Below are positions 18,315-27,094 of a stretch of DNA of 64,000 bases, one piece after another (position 1 is the first letter of the stretch; every line of letters starts with the position of its first letter). The notes under the pieces are model-generated. The model saw only the letters and a list, made by a program, of their open reading frames with translations. It did no database searches and had not been told where the DNA came from. The DNA is from a bacterium (GTDB lineage: Bacteria > RBG-13-61-14 > DATKZS01), in assembly GCA_963674965.2 (NCBI GenBank), contig CAXXFL010000001.1, positions 1,504,001-1,568,000 of the forward strand. The letters run 5' to 3'. The position numbers and the translations under genes were made by a program.

Positions 18315-18968
18315 TCATTTTTCCTTGAAACCGGGTTTGACGTACTCGCCGCCGGACTGAATATATTTATAGGCCGCCTCCATGTTGACGGGCAGGTTGT
18401 CGCGCGTGAGTTTTTTCATGACGAACTCGGGTATGATCGAGGTCACCTCGACCCTGGTGCCGTACCTGGCCAGGGTGCGCTTGTCGTCAAGCTTGAAAAG
18501 TTGCCAGTATCCGTCCACCTGTTTCATGTCGTTGTCGAAATCGGGGTCCAGATGCCACCACAGCTTGTAGTTTTCCTCGTCGTAGTGATGCATGATCCGG
18601 TAGTCGATATTCAGGATCAACTTGACGTGGAAGTCCACCTTGTCGCCTTTGTCGTCTCTCTGGACAAGCTCGCAACTATCCAGGTCCGGCAGGTATCGAT
18701 GCTGTTTCTCCGTGGCCTTGAAAAGTTTCCAGGTCTTCTCGAGCGGCTGATCGAATATCATGGCCGCCCGGATGAAGCGCTTCTGGTCCGCCCCCTCGCT
18801 TTTGTCCTCGTCCAGGATGACTATCTCGCCGGCCTTGACCTTTTTAACCTGGTCCTCGGTAAGGCCCTCCCAGGCCTGGGGAGAGTCCGCCGAAGGCGGG
18901 TCCGCCCAGGCGCAAAGACCAACGGCCAGGACCAACGCGACAAATCCGAACCTTATAAGTTTAATCAT
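18315..18968 (-). CDS. Exported SRPBCC/START (polyketide cyclase-like) lipid-binding protein
   Basis: Signal peptide; PLEKTW..., YLPDL, NDMKQVDGYWQL, IPEFV. Confidence 0.7.
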   Translation of the reverse strand: MIKLIRFGFVALVLAVGLCAWADPPSADSPQAWEGLTEDQVKKVKAGEIVILDEDKSEGADQKRFIRAAMIFDQPLEKTWKLFKATEKQHRYLPDLDSCELVQRDDKGDKVDFHVKLILNIDYRIMHHYDEENYKLWWHLDPDFDNDMKQVDGYWQLFKLDDKRTLARYGTRVEVTSIIPEFVMKKLTRDNLPVNMEAAYKYIQSGGEYVKPGFKEK

Positions 18969-19266
18969 GCCCCGATCAATGCCTCCTTGTTTCGATCATC
19001 ACGAACAATAATAACTTACGGATCGGGACCGGGCAAGGACTTCGAGCTTGGAAGCGCGATTTTTTCCCCTCTCCCGTCTCACCTCCCGTCTCGGATTGCC
19101 AGTTCCGGGTCGGCGGTGTAAAATCGATCTTGATAATTCCGCCACGCCTTCCGCGGTAAAAGTCCCGAAACCAATCCAATCAAAAGGGGCGTTTATCTTT
19201 TCGCGTGACGATATTTTCAGGCGTCAGCGCGCGCGCTCCGGATCGATTTTTCCTGGAGGGCGAGCC

Positions 19267-19295
19267 TTGACACGGCCGTTATTAGGGCCTATATT
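19267..19295 (+). promoter_or_regulatory. Sigma70-type promoter for the activase-plsB operon
   Basis: TTGACA, 17 nt, TATATT. Confidence 0.65.
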
Positions 19296-19443
19296 CGTAA
19301 AAACTAGACTGGGGTGTCATTTTTTGAGGAACGGGTTTTCGCGCGTCATCATCCGCGGGGCTGGGGTCATCGAGTCTTTCCCGCCCATCGATATTTTTCG
19401 GCGCCCTCCTCTCCCCGGATAAATTGGTTTAAGGAGGCGGCAA

Positions 19444-22400
19444 ATGACTGTAAAAAACGGGCGGTCCCTCGGCATAGACGCGGGCAGCCTTTACGTAAAG
19501 GTGGCGGCGCTGGACGCTTCCGGCGCTCTTTTGGACTCGGCTTACGCGGCCCACAAGGGGCGTCCCATCAAGGCGCTTAAGGAAATCCTTCCCGGGTTCC
19601 TTGACGGCGTCGCTTTCAAGGTAGGCCTGACGGGGGCCCTTATCGATCCCATTTGCCGCCAGTTGGGCCTGGACTCTATCGACCTGGTCCGGGCCGAGGT
19701 GGCGGCGGTCAAGGCCAACGTCCCGGAGGTAAGGAATATTATCGACGTGGGCGGCGGCAGCGTGACGCTTATCCGTCTCAACGAGAAGGGCGAGTTCGAG
19801 AGCATGGAGCGCAACTCCCTTTGCGCCGCGGGCACGGGCTCCTTTCTGGACGAGCAGGCGGCGCGCCTTGGCGTCAGCTACGAGGAGATCGAGTCCTTCG
19901 GCGCGGTGGACGAGCCGCCCAGCATCGCCACCAGGTGCGCGGTCTTCGCCAAGTCGGACCTCATCCACCACCAGCAGGCGGGCCGGAGCAAGGTCGAGTG
20001 CTGGTCCGGTCTTTGCCGGGGCATGGTAAGCACTTTCCTCGGCACCCTGCTCAAGGGCCGTCCCCTAAAGGGCCTGACGGTCATGGTGGGCGGCGTGGCC
20101 CAGAACCCTGAGATCATGAGGTGGCTCAAAGATATTTACGGCGACCGGATCACGACCTTTCCCGAGGCCCGGATGGCGGGGGCCATCGGCGCCGCCATGA
20201 TGGCCGCGGATGAATTGTCGCCCGAGAAGCTGGCGGCCCTGGTACCGGGCGAGGGCAGGGGAGAGAGCCGGGCCCTGGCCACTCGTCCTCCCCTCGAGCT
20301 CAAGAAGTCCAGGTACCCCTCCTGGGAGGTCGAGGAAAGCTACACCGACTCCCTGGCCAACGAGGTCCGCGTGACCAGACTGCCGGCCGGGCCGGCGGTC
20401 GAGTGCTACATGGGCATCGACGTGGGCAGCACCAGCACCAAGCTTTTAGTCTCCGATCTCGAGGGCGACGTTCTGTGCGACGTTTATCGCAAGACGGGCG
20501 GAGACCCCATCGGGGCCACGCGGGACCTTTTCATCGCGCTCATGGACCTGGAGAAGAAGCGCGGGCTCAAGTTCGAGGTCAAGGGCTGCGTGACCACTGG
20601 CTCGGGCCGCAAGATGGTGGGTCTCGTGATCGGGGCCGACGACGTGATCAACGAGATATCCTGTCACGTGAAGGGCGCCATGCACGTGGACCCGGAGATC
20701 GACACCATATTCGAGATAGGGGGCCAGGACTCGAAGTACATGCGCACGCAAAAGGGCAAGATCAAGGACGCGGCCATGAACTACGTTTGCGCGGCGGGCA
20801 CGGGCTCTTTCGTGGAGGAGGTCGGGCGCAAGCTTGGCTACGAGGTCCACAAGATCGGGGAAGCCGTGATGGGCATAGCCCCGCCCCACACCTCGGACCG
20901 ATGCACGGTCTTCATGGACCAGGACGTGAGGCGTCTTCTCCGGGCCGGTTACACCAAGGACGAGGCCCTGGCGGCGGTGCTTTACTCGGTGGTCCAGAAC
21001 TATTTGAACAAGGTCGTGGCCAGGCGCTATTACTCGAGGGAAAAGATTTTCTTCCAGGGCGCCACGGCCCGCAACCCCGGACTGGTGGCCGCCTTCGAGA
21101 ACCTCCTTGGCGTCGAGATGGTGGTCTCGCCCTACGCCCACGTCATGGGCTCGTGGGGAGCGGCCCTTCTCGCCAAGGACATGATGGAGAAGGCCGGCAA
21201 GTCCTCCACCTTCAGGGGACTTAACCTGGCCGACAGAAAGATCGAGCTTTACGCCGAGCGCTGCGACCAGTGCGTGAACAACTGCGAAATAACCTTCGCC
21301 AGGATCGAGGGCGTCGAGGAGACCCCCTCCTGGGGATACATGTGCGGCCGCGAGCCGGGCGAGAAGAAGAAGAACGTGAGGGAGTTCCGGCTTTTCGCCG
21401 AGCGGGAGAAGATGCTCCGGGACATTGGGAAGGTCAAAGCCAAGGAGGGCGCGCCCACGGTGGTTATACCTCGGGCCCTCTCGATGTTCACCTATCTTCC
21501 CACCTGGCGGCGTTTCCTGGGCGAGCTGGGACTCAAGGTGGTCGTCTCGCCCGTGACCAACGCCCTGATCAAGAAGCTGGGCACGGAGATTTCGGGCGGC
21601 GACTTCTGCTTTCCCGTAAAGGCGGCCCTGGGCCACGGTCGCTGGGCCTTCCAGGAGGTGGAGGCCGACTGGGTGTTCATTCCCCACACCATCAGCAACG
21701 AGCCTAACGAGCACACCAGCAACTCGCTGTTCTGCCCCTACGTTCAGTCTTATCCTTCCCTGGTCAAGACGGCCCTCGAGCTTCACGGCGTGGACGCGAG
21801 CAAGCTCCTGGCCCCGGTGATGGACCTGCGCTGGAAGGACAAGAAGACGGTCTCCGAGCTTTACGAGAACGTGGGCAAGAGATTGGGCAAGACCCAAAAG
21901 GAGGTCAAGAAGGCCTGGGAGGCCGCCCTCGAGAGCCAGCGCGAGTACGACCGGCGCTGCCGGGAGGAGGGGAAAAAGGCCCTGGCCGAGATCGAGAAGG
22001 AGGATAAGCCCGCGGTCTTGATCCTGGGCCGTCCCTACAACACCTGCGACGTGGGAATCAACCTGGGCCTGGCCCGCAAGATAGCCGAGCGGGGCCACAC
22101 GGTCATCCCTCTGGACTTCGTGCCCTTCGATCCCTCCGAGCTGGGCCAGGAGTTCTCGAACATCTACTGGAACTACCCGCAGCGAATCATCCACGCGACC
22201 AAGACGCTTCGCGGCAACAAGCGGATTTACCCGGTGTACTTCACCAACTTCAACTGCGGTCCCGACAGCTTCATCGAGACCTACGCCGAGCGCATCTCGG
22301 GCGACAAGCCCCTGCTGGTGCTGGGCCTGGACGAGCACGACGCCGACGCGGGCTACATCACCAGGATCGAGGCCTTCCTCGACGTGGTGGAGAACACGAC

Positions 22401-23691
22401 CGGTTACGACGATTTTCCCGGCGTTTACTTCCCCAAGGACTCGGACGAGGAATTCAAAAAGCGCGTCATCTGGATACCCCGCATGCACCATGTGGGGGCC
22501 GAGTTCGGCGCGGCCGCCTTCCGGGCCATGGGCTACGACGCCCGGGTACTGCCCCTCGAGACGGACGAGAGCTTCGAGGTGGGAAGGGGACTTACCTCGG
22601 GCAACGAGTGTCTGCCCACGGTGGTGACCATCGGCGCCATGGTGGCCAAGCTAAGGGAGATGGACGCCAAACCCGGCGAACACGCCTTTTTCATGGCCAC
22701 GGCCGACGGCCCCTGCCGTTTCGGCCAGTACGCTCTAAAGCATCGGATGATCCTTAACGACCTGGGCTACAAGGACGTGCCCATCATGTCTCCCTCGGCC
22801 CTCAATTCCTACCAGGGGCTTCCCGAGGCCCTGCGCCGGCAGGTGTGGCATCTTTTCGTGGCCTCTGATATATTGATGAAGCTAAGGTGCAAGGTGGCCC
22901 CTTACGAGGTTAACGCGGGCGAGACGGCCCGGGTCCTCGAGGAGGAGGTCGTCCGTCTGGCGGGGGTAATCGAGAAGAATGGCAATTTCGACGACGAGTG
23001 GGTAAAGTCTCTTAAGAGGATAAACTTGATCGAGCAAACCGGCGGGCCGCGAAAGCCGCTGGTGGGGATAGTCGGCGAGATTTACGTCCGGTGCAACTCC
23101 TTTACCAACGACAGGGTCATCGAGTCGATCGAGAGCTATGGGGGCGAGGCCTGGCTCACGCCCTTGTCGGAGTGGTTCATTTACACCGCTCATATGCAGA
23201 ACTGGAGGGCCAAGGAAGACCTTCGAGGCATCGTTTTCCGCGGCCAGAGCCTGATCAAGAACCGCTTCATCCTGGGGGTGGAGCATGGGCTTTACAAGAA
23301 GGCGGCGGCCTTCGTTGACGACCGTAAAGAGCCGCCCATTGAGGAGGTCCTGGAGGCCGGCAAGAAATACCTTCCCCTCAACTTCGAGGGCGAGGCGATC
23401 CTGACGGTGGGAAGGACGGTCAAGTTCATAGAAGACGGCGCGAAGATGGTAGTGAACTGCGCTCCCTTCGGATGTATGCCGGGAACCATTTCCGGCGCGC
23501 TGTTCCAGGAGATACAGAACAGAACGGGAGTTCCCGTTGTCAGTATGTTTTATGACGGTGAAGGCGACCTCAACAGCCTGCTCGGAATATACCTGGCACA
23601 GCTTGGCGACAGGGGAGACGAGGGTATAAGAGGGGGAACCCAACATGGCGGGTTCAAAGAAAAAGTCAAAGAGGGGGAAGCTCTTAGGTAA
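19444..23691 (+). CDS. Multidomain CoA-substrate activase/reductase fusion (PlsA/Ger-like; 2x BcrAD/HgdC ATPase + DUF2229 + HgdB-like)
   Basis: GIDAGS and GIDVGSTSTK, two CAAGTGSF, two RC.VF, EIGGQDSK; CFPVK, NCGPDSF, GPCRFGQY, GIVGEIYVR, PFGCMPG. Confidence 0.9.
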   Translation: MTVKNGRSLGIDAGSLYVKVAALDASGALLDSAYAAHKGRPIKALKEILPGFLDGVAFKVGLTGALIDPICRQLGLDSIDLVRAEVAAVKANVPEVRNIIDVGGGSVTLIRLNEKGEFESMERNSLCAAGTGSFLDEQAARLGVSYEEIESFGAVDEPPSIATRCAVFAKSDLIHHQQAGRSKVECWSGLCRGMVSTFLGTLLKGRPLKGLTVMVGGVAQNPEIMRWLKDIYGDRITTFPEARMAGAIGAAMMAADELSPEKLAALVPGEGRGESRALATRPPLELKKSRYPSWEVEESYTDSLANEVRVTRLPAGPAVECYMGIDVGSTSTKLLVSDLEGDVLCDVYRKTGGDPIGATRDLFIALMDLEKKRGLKFEVKGCVTTGSGRKMVGLVIGADDVINEISCHVKGAMHVDPEIDTIFEIGGQDSKYMRTQKGKIKDAAMNYVCAAGTGSFVEEVGRKLGYEVHKIGEAVMGIAPPHTSDRCTVFMDQDVRRLLRAGYTKDEALAAVLYSVVQNYLNKVVARRYYSREKIFFQGATARNPGLVAAFENLLGVEMVVSPYAHVMGSWGAALLAKDMMEKAGKSSTFRGLNLADRKIELYAERCDQCVNNCEITFARIEGVEETPSWGYMCGREPGEKKKNVREFRLFAEREKMLRDIGKVKAKEGAPTVVIPRALSMFTYLPTWRRFLGELGLKVVVSPVTNALIKKLGTEISGGDFCFPVKAALGHGRWAFQEVEADWVFIPHTISNEPNEHTSNSLFCPYVQSYPSLVKTALELHGVDASKLLAPVMDLRWKDKKTVSELYENVGKRLGKTQKEVKKAWEAALESQREYDRRCREEGKKALAEIEKEDKPAVLILGRPYNTCDVGINLGLARKIAERGHTVIPLDFVPFDPSELGQEFSNIYWNYPQRIIHATKTLRGNKRIYPVYFTNFNCGPDSFIETYAERISGDKPLLVLGLDEHDADAGYITRIEAFLDVVENTTGYDDFPGVYFPKDSDEEFKKRVIWIPRMHHVGAEFGAAAFRAMGYDARVLPLETDESFEVGRGLTSGNECLPTVVTIGAMVAKLREMDAKPGEHAFFMATADGPCRFGQYALKHRMILNDLGYKDVPIMSPSALNSYQGLPEALRRQVWHLFVASDILMKLRCKVAPYEVNAGETARVLEEEVVRLAGVIEKNGNFDDEWVKSLKRINLIEQTGGPRKPLVGIVGEIYVRCNSFTNDRVIESIESYGGEAWLTPLSEWFIYTAHMQNWRAKEDLRGIVFRGQSLIKNRFILGVEHGLYKKAAAFVDDRKEPPIEEVLEAGKKYLPLNFEGEAILTVGRTVKFIEDGAKMVVNCAPFGCMPGTISGALFQEIQNRTGVPVVSMFYDGEGDLNSLLGIYLAQLGDRGDEGIRGGTQHGGFKEKVKEGEALR

Positions 23692-26341
23692 CTTCCTTAT
23701 TAATAAAATACTGGGAGGCTCGCTCGATCATTACGGAAACGAGATCTCCGACGTTCACGGAATCGTATCCGGCGGGCTTTTCAAGAAGTTTTTCGACAAG
23801 ATAGCCATCGAGCCGGAAAAGGTCGAGAAGCTAAGATACTTCGCGGAGCGGGGAAGGCTCATCTACGCCCTTCCCCGCCGGAGTCCTCTGGACTTCTTTT
23901 TCCTTAACATACGACTGCGTTTTTCGGGCGTTCCCGTTCCCGAGATAGCCTATAACACGCCGGTATATCGGTTCCAGCCTCTCCGCAAAGTATTCAAGGT
24001 CGGCCTGTCCCGTTTCCTTCAGCTTATTAACTTCGGCCGGTTCTCCGATCCTTATTTAAACAAGTATTACCTGAAGAGATATCGCGACGGCGCCGGGTTC
24101 GTGCTCAATCTCGAGGACCCCGCGAGCTTCACCGCTCGCCTAATAAATCCGACGCGCGATCCCATCTATCATCTTGTCAAGCTTTATAGAAAGCACGGTG
24201 AGACGGTTATAATAGTTCCCATTTTCCCCGTTTTCGGCAAGAGCCCGACCCGAGCGAAAAGAAGACTCTGGGATATATTTATCGGGCCCAAGGACCGGCC
24301 CGGAAGGCTGCGGAAGATAGTCCATTATATTCATTATTACAACGAGGCCTTCATCGAGGTGGGCGATCCGGTCACCATCGACCGCTTCCTGGCCCGCAAG
24401 GACCAGGAGGGCCTGACCGACGAGCGGATTGCCTTTAATATCAGAAAGGAATTATGGGACCACTCCCAGCGGGAGCAGAAGGTTATTAGGGGACCGGAAT
24501 TAAGGCCCCGCACGCAAATAATGGAGTCAGTGCTTCGGGACCCGGAAATCCTGCGAGTCATGCGGCAGGAGGCCAAAAAGCGCGACAAGCCCTTTCGTTC
24601 CATCCGCAAGGAGGCGGCCAAGTACATGGACGAGATCGCCGCCAATTACTCCCATACCACCATCGAGTTCCTCGACTGGGCCCTGGCCTGGGTGTGGAAC
24701 AATTTATTCGACGGGGTCCATGTCGACGAAAAAGGACTGGCCCGCTTAAAGGAAGCCGCCAAGCGTTACCCGGTGATATACGTGCCCAGCCACAAGAGTC
24801 ACCTGGATTACCTGATTTTATCCTGGGTCCTTTATCACGCGAACATGGTCCCGCCTCACATCGTGGCGGGAGTCAACCTGGACACGTGGCCCATTGGGTT
24901 TATTTTCCGCACGGCGGGCGCTTTCTTTATACGCAGGTCCTTCCGGGACAACGCCCTTTACGGCGCGGTGTTCACCAAGTACGTCGAGGTACTGATAAAG
25001 GGCGGCTATAACATCGAGTTTTTCATCGAGGGGGGCAGGAGCAGGACGGGTCGACTTCTCATCCCGACCATGGGCATGGTCAAGTATATCATCAAGGCCT
25101 ACGAGCACGAGGCGGCCAAGGATATAATGTTCGTGCCCCTTTATATCGGCTACGACCAGATATTCGAGGAAGGAGAATATCTTGAGGAAATCAGGGGAGT
25201 TAAGAACCCTAAAAGCAATCTGTTCGAGATGATCCGTAACGCCAACCTGATTACGAAGCGCTACGGCCGGATTCACATCCGCTTTGCCGAGCCCATCAGC
25301 CTCCGATATCACCTCGAGTGCATGAGCGACCGGCTGGAGGGCAAGCTCGAGGAGAACGAGGGCCTGGTCATTACCGAGCTGGCCGAGGACATTATCCAGG
25401 GAATTAACAGGAACCAGGTGGTCACGCCCTTCTCTCTCATGGCGGCCGCCCTTTTAGCCTCGCCGGCCAAGGCCATCAGCCGGGAGGAACTGCTTAACGC
25501 TCTTGCCCTTTATTTCCAGTACCTGGCCGACGCGGACGCGAAGTTCGCCGTCACGCTCGAGAATTTCACCAAGGCCATGGACGACGTCATCGGCTATTAT
25601 CGGGAAAGGAAACTCATCGAGATCGAGGGAGAAGACGAGGCCGACGATTCCTTCGAGCCCATCTACACGCTGCCGGAGGAAAAACGGTTATCCCTTAACA
25701 TGTACTCGAACATGATCCTGCACCATTTCCTGCCCATGTGTTTCGTGACCATGAGCCTTCTTTCCGCCGATTACGGAACATGCGACGAGCAGAAGCTAAA
25801 GTGGGACTATGGCTTTTTAAAAGACCTGTTCAGCTTCGAGTTCGTTCAAGACGAGCGTTTCACGGACAAGGAAAAGATCGAGCGTTGCGTCAGGTTCCTC
25901 CAGAACGGAAGGCTTCTCGAGGCTTTCACCGAGGACGGCCACGGCCACTACAGAGTTACTTCCAAGGGCAGGGAGGAGATGGTGTATTTCGCGTCCATGC
26001 TCACCAACTTCCTCGAGGCATATGGAGTTGTGCTTAACGCGTCGGATATATTGGAGAAAAAGGCCATGACCGAGAAGGAGTTCCTGGCCAAGCTGAGAAG
26101 GACCGGAAACAGGCTTTACAAGCAGGGACAAGTGCTTCGGCGTGAGGCCATATCCCAGCTTCTTTTCAAGAACGCGATTAAGTTCTCCATTAATAATGGA
26201 ATTTTAACCAAAGTCCCCAACGACGGAAAGCCGGAGCTATTGACCAAGGGCGGAAAAGAATCCGATGACGCCAAGAACCAGTTGTTAACGCACATCTCGA
26301 AGTTTATTCGGGTCGAGAAATATCATTACCTGGAGAAATGA
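23645..26341 (+). CDS. plsB: Glycerol-3-phosphate O-acyltransferase
   Basis: PSHKSHLDY (HxxxxD), GAFFIRRSF, FFIEGGRSRTG, VPLYIGYD; 898 aa; overlaps the upstream gene by 47 bp. Confidence 0.88.
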   Translation: MAGSKKKSKRGKLLGNFLINKILGGSLDHYGNEISDVHGIVSGGLFKKFFDKIAIEPEKVEKLRYFAERGRLIYALPRRSPLDFFFLNIRLRFSGVPVPEIAYNTPVYRFQPLRKVFKVGLSRFLQLINFGRFSDPYLNKYYLKRYRDGAGFVLNLEDPASFTARLINPTRDPIYHLVKLYRKHGETVIIVPIFPVFGKSPTRAKRRLWDIFIGPKDRPGRLRKIVHYIHYYNEAFIEVGDPVTIDRFLARKDQEGLTDERIAFNIRKELWDHSQREQKVIRGPELRPRTQIMESVLRDPEILRVMRQEAKKRDKPFRSIRKEAAKYMDEIAANYSHTTIEFLDWALAWVWNNLFDGVHVDEKGLARLKEAAKRYPVIYVPSHKSHLDYLILSWVLYHANMVPPHIVAGVNLDTWPIGFIFRTAGAFFIRRSFRDNALYGAVFTKYVEVLIKGGYNIEFFIEGGRSRTGRLLIPTMGMVKYIIKAYEHEAAKDIMFVPLYIGYDQIFEEGEYLEEIRGVKNPKSNLFEMIRNANLITKRYGRIHIRFAEPISLRYHLECMSDRLEGKLEENEGLVITELAEDIIQGINRNQVVTPFSLMAAALLASPAKAISREELLNALALYFQYLADADAKFAVTLENFTKAMDDVIGYYRERKLIEIEGEDEADDSFEPIYTLPEEKRLSLNMYSNMILHHFLPMCFVTMSLLSADYGTCDEQKLKWDYGFLKDLFSFEFVQDERFTDKEKIERCVRFLQNGRLLEAFTEDGHGHYRVTSKGREEMVYFASMLTNFLEAYGVVLNASDILEKKAMTEKEFLAKLRRTGNRLYKQGQVLRREAISQLLFKNAIKFSINNGILTKVPNDGKPELLTKGGKESDDAKNQLLTHISKFIRVEKYHYLEK

Positions 26342-26421
26342 CGGCGAGGATTCGGCTTTTTGGTCTTCGGTAACCCTTTTCATGGTTTTGTATCTCTTAT
26401 AAAGCGAAAGGGGTTGAGATA

Positions 26422-26856
26422 ATGAGCGGACACGTACATATACCATGCGGTTCTTGCGGCGCGGTAAACAGGGTGATCCGGGAGAAACTGGACAATTCGC
26501 CAAGGTGCGCTAAATGTAAAACGGGAATCAAACTGGACGCTCCCTTTTCCGTAAACTCATCACAATTCGATAAGGTCGTCAAGGAATCGGACATGCCCGT
26601 GCTGGTGGATTTCTGGGCGCCATGGTGCGGACCTTGCCGCATGATGCACCCGGTGCTCGAGGAAATCGCCAGAAAATGGGCGGGAAAGGTTATGGTGGTC
26701 AAGTTGAACACGGACGAGGCCCAGGACGTGGCCGGGAGGTTCGGTATTCAGGGTATTCCCACCCTCATTTATTTAGCCAATGGCCGGGAGATCGAACGCA
26801 AGGTCGGGGCCGTCAGCGCCGAGGCCGTGGACGCTATGATCGGACGGGCAATATAA
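26422..26856 (+). CDS. trxC: Thioredoxin 2 with N-terminal zinc domain
   Basis: CGSC...CAKC, DFWAPWCGPC. Confidence 0.9.
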   Translation: MSGHVHIPCGSCGAVNRVIREKLDNSPRCAKCKTGIKLDAPFSVNSSQFDKVVKESDMPVLVDFWAPWCGPCRMMHPVLEEIARKWAGKVMVVKLNTDEAQDVAGRFGIQGIPTLIYLANGREIERKVGAVSAEAVDAMIGRAI

Positions 26857-27094
26857 TCTTGACAATTAATCCGGACAATGAGTCAAGATTTTATTCCGAT
26901 TACGTGAAATTTCCCCAGAATCGGCTATTCTCGAATATTAGCGGCAAGGCAAATATCGCCCTTTAAACGTCCGAGCGATAATGCCGTAAACCTCACTGGA
27001 TGAATTTTCGACTTATACTGTTTGCGCCCCATTTTGCGGCGACTGATAATCTGGTCGGCAAAAAGGGACGAGTAAAGTTCCCGGCGGTTATAAA

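Noticed and set aside
20446-22491. 681-aa antisense ORF
   Set aside because: Shadow of the activase gene caused by GC-rich codon bias; no motifs
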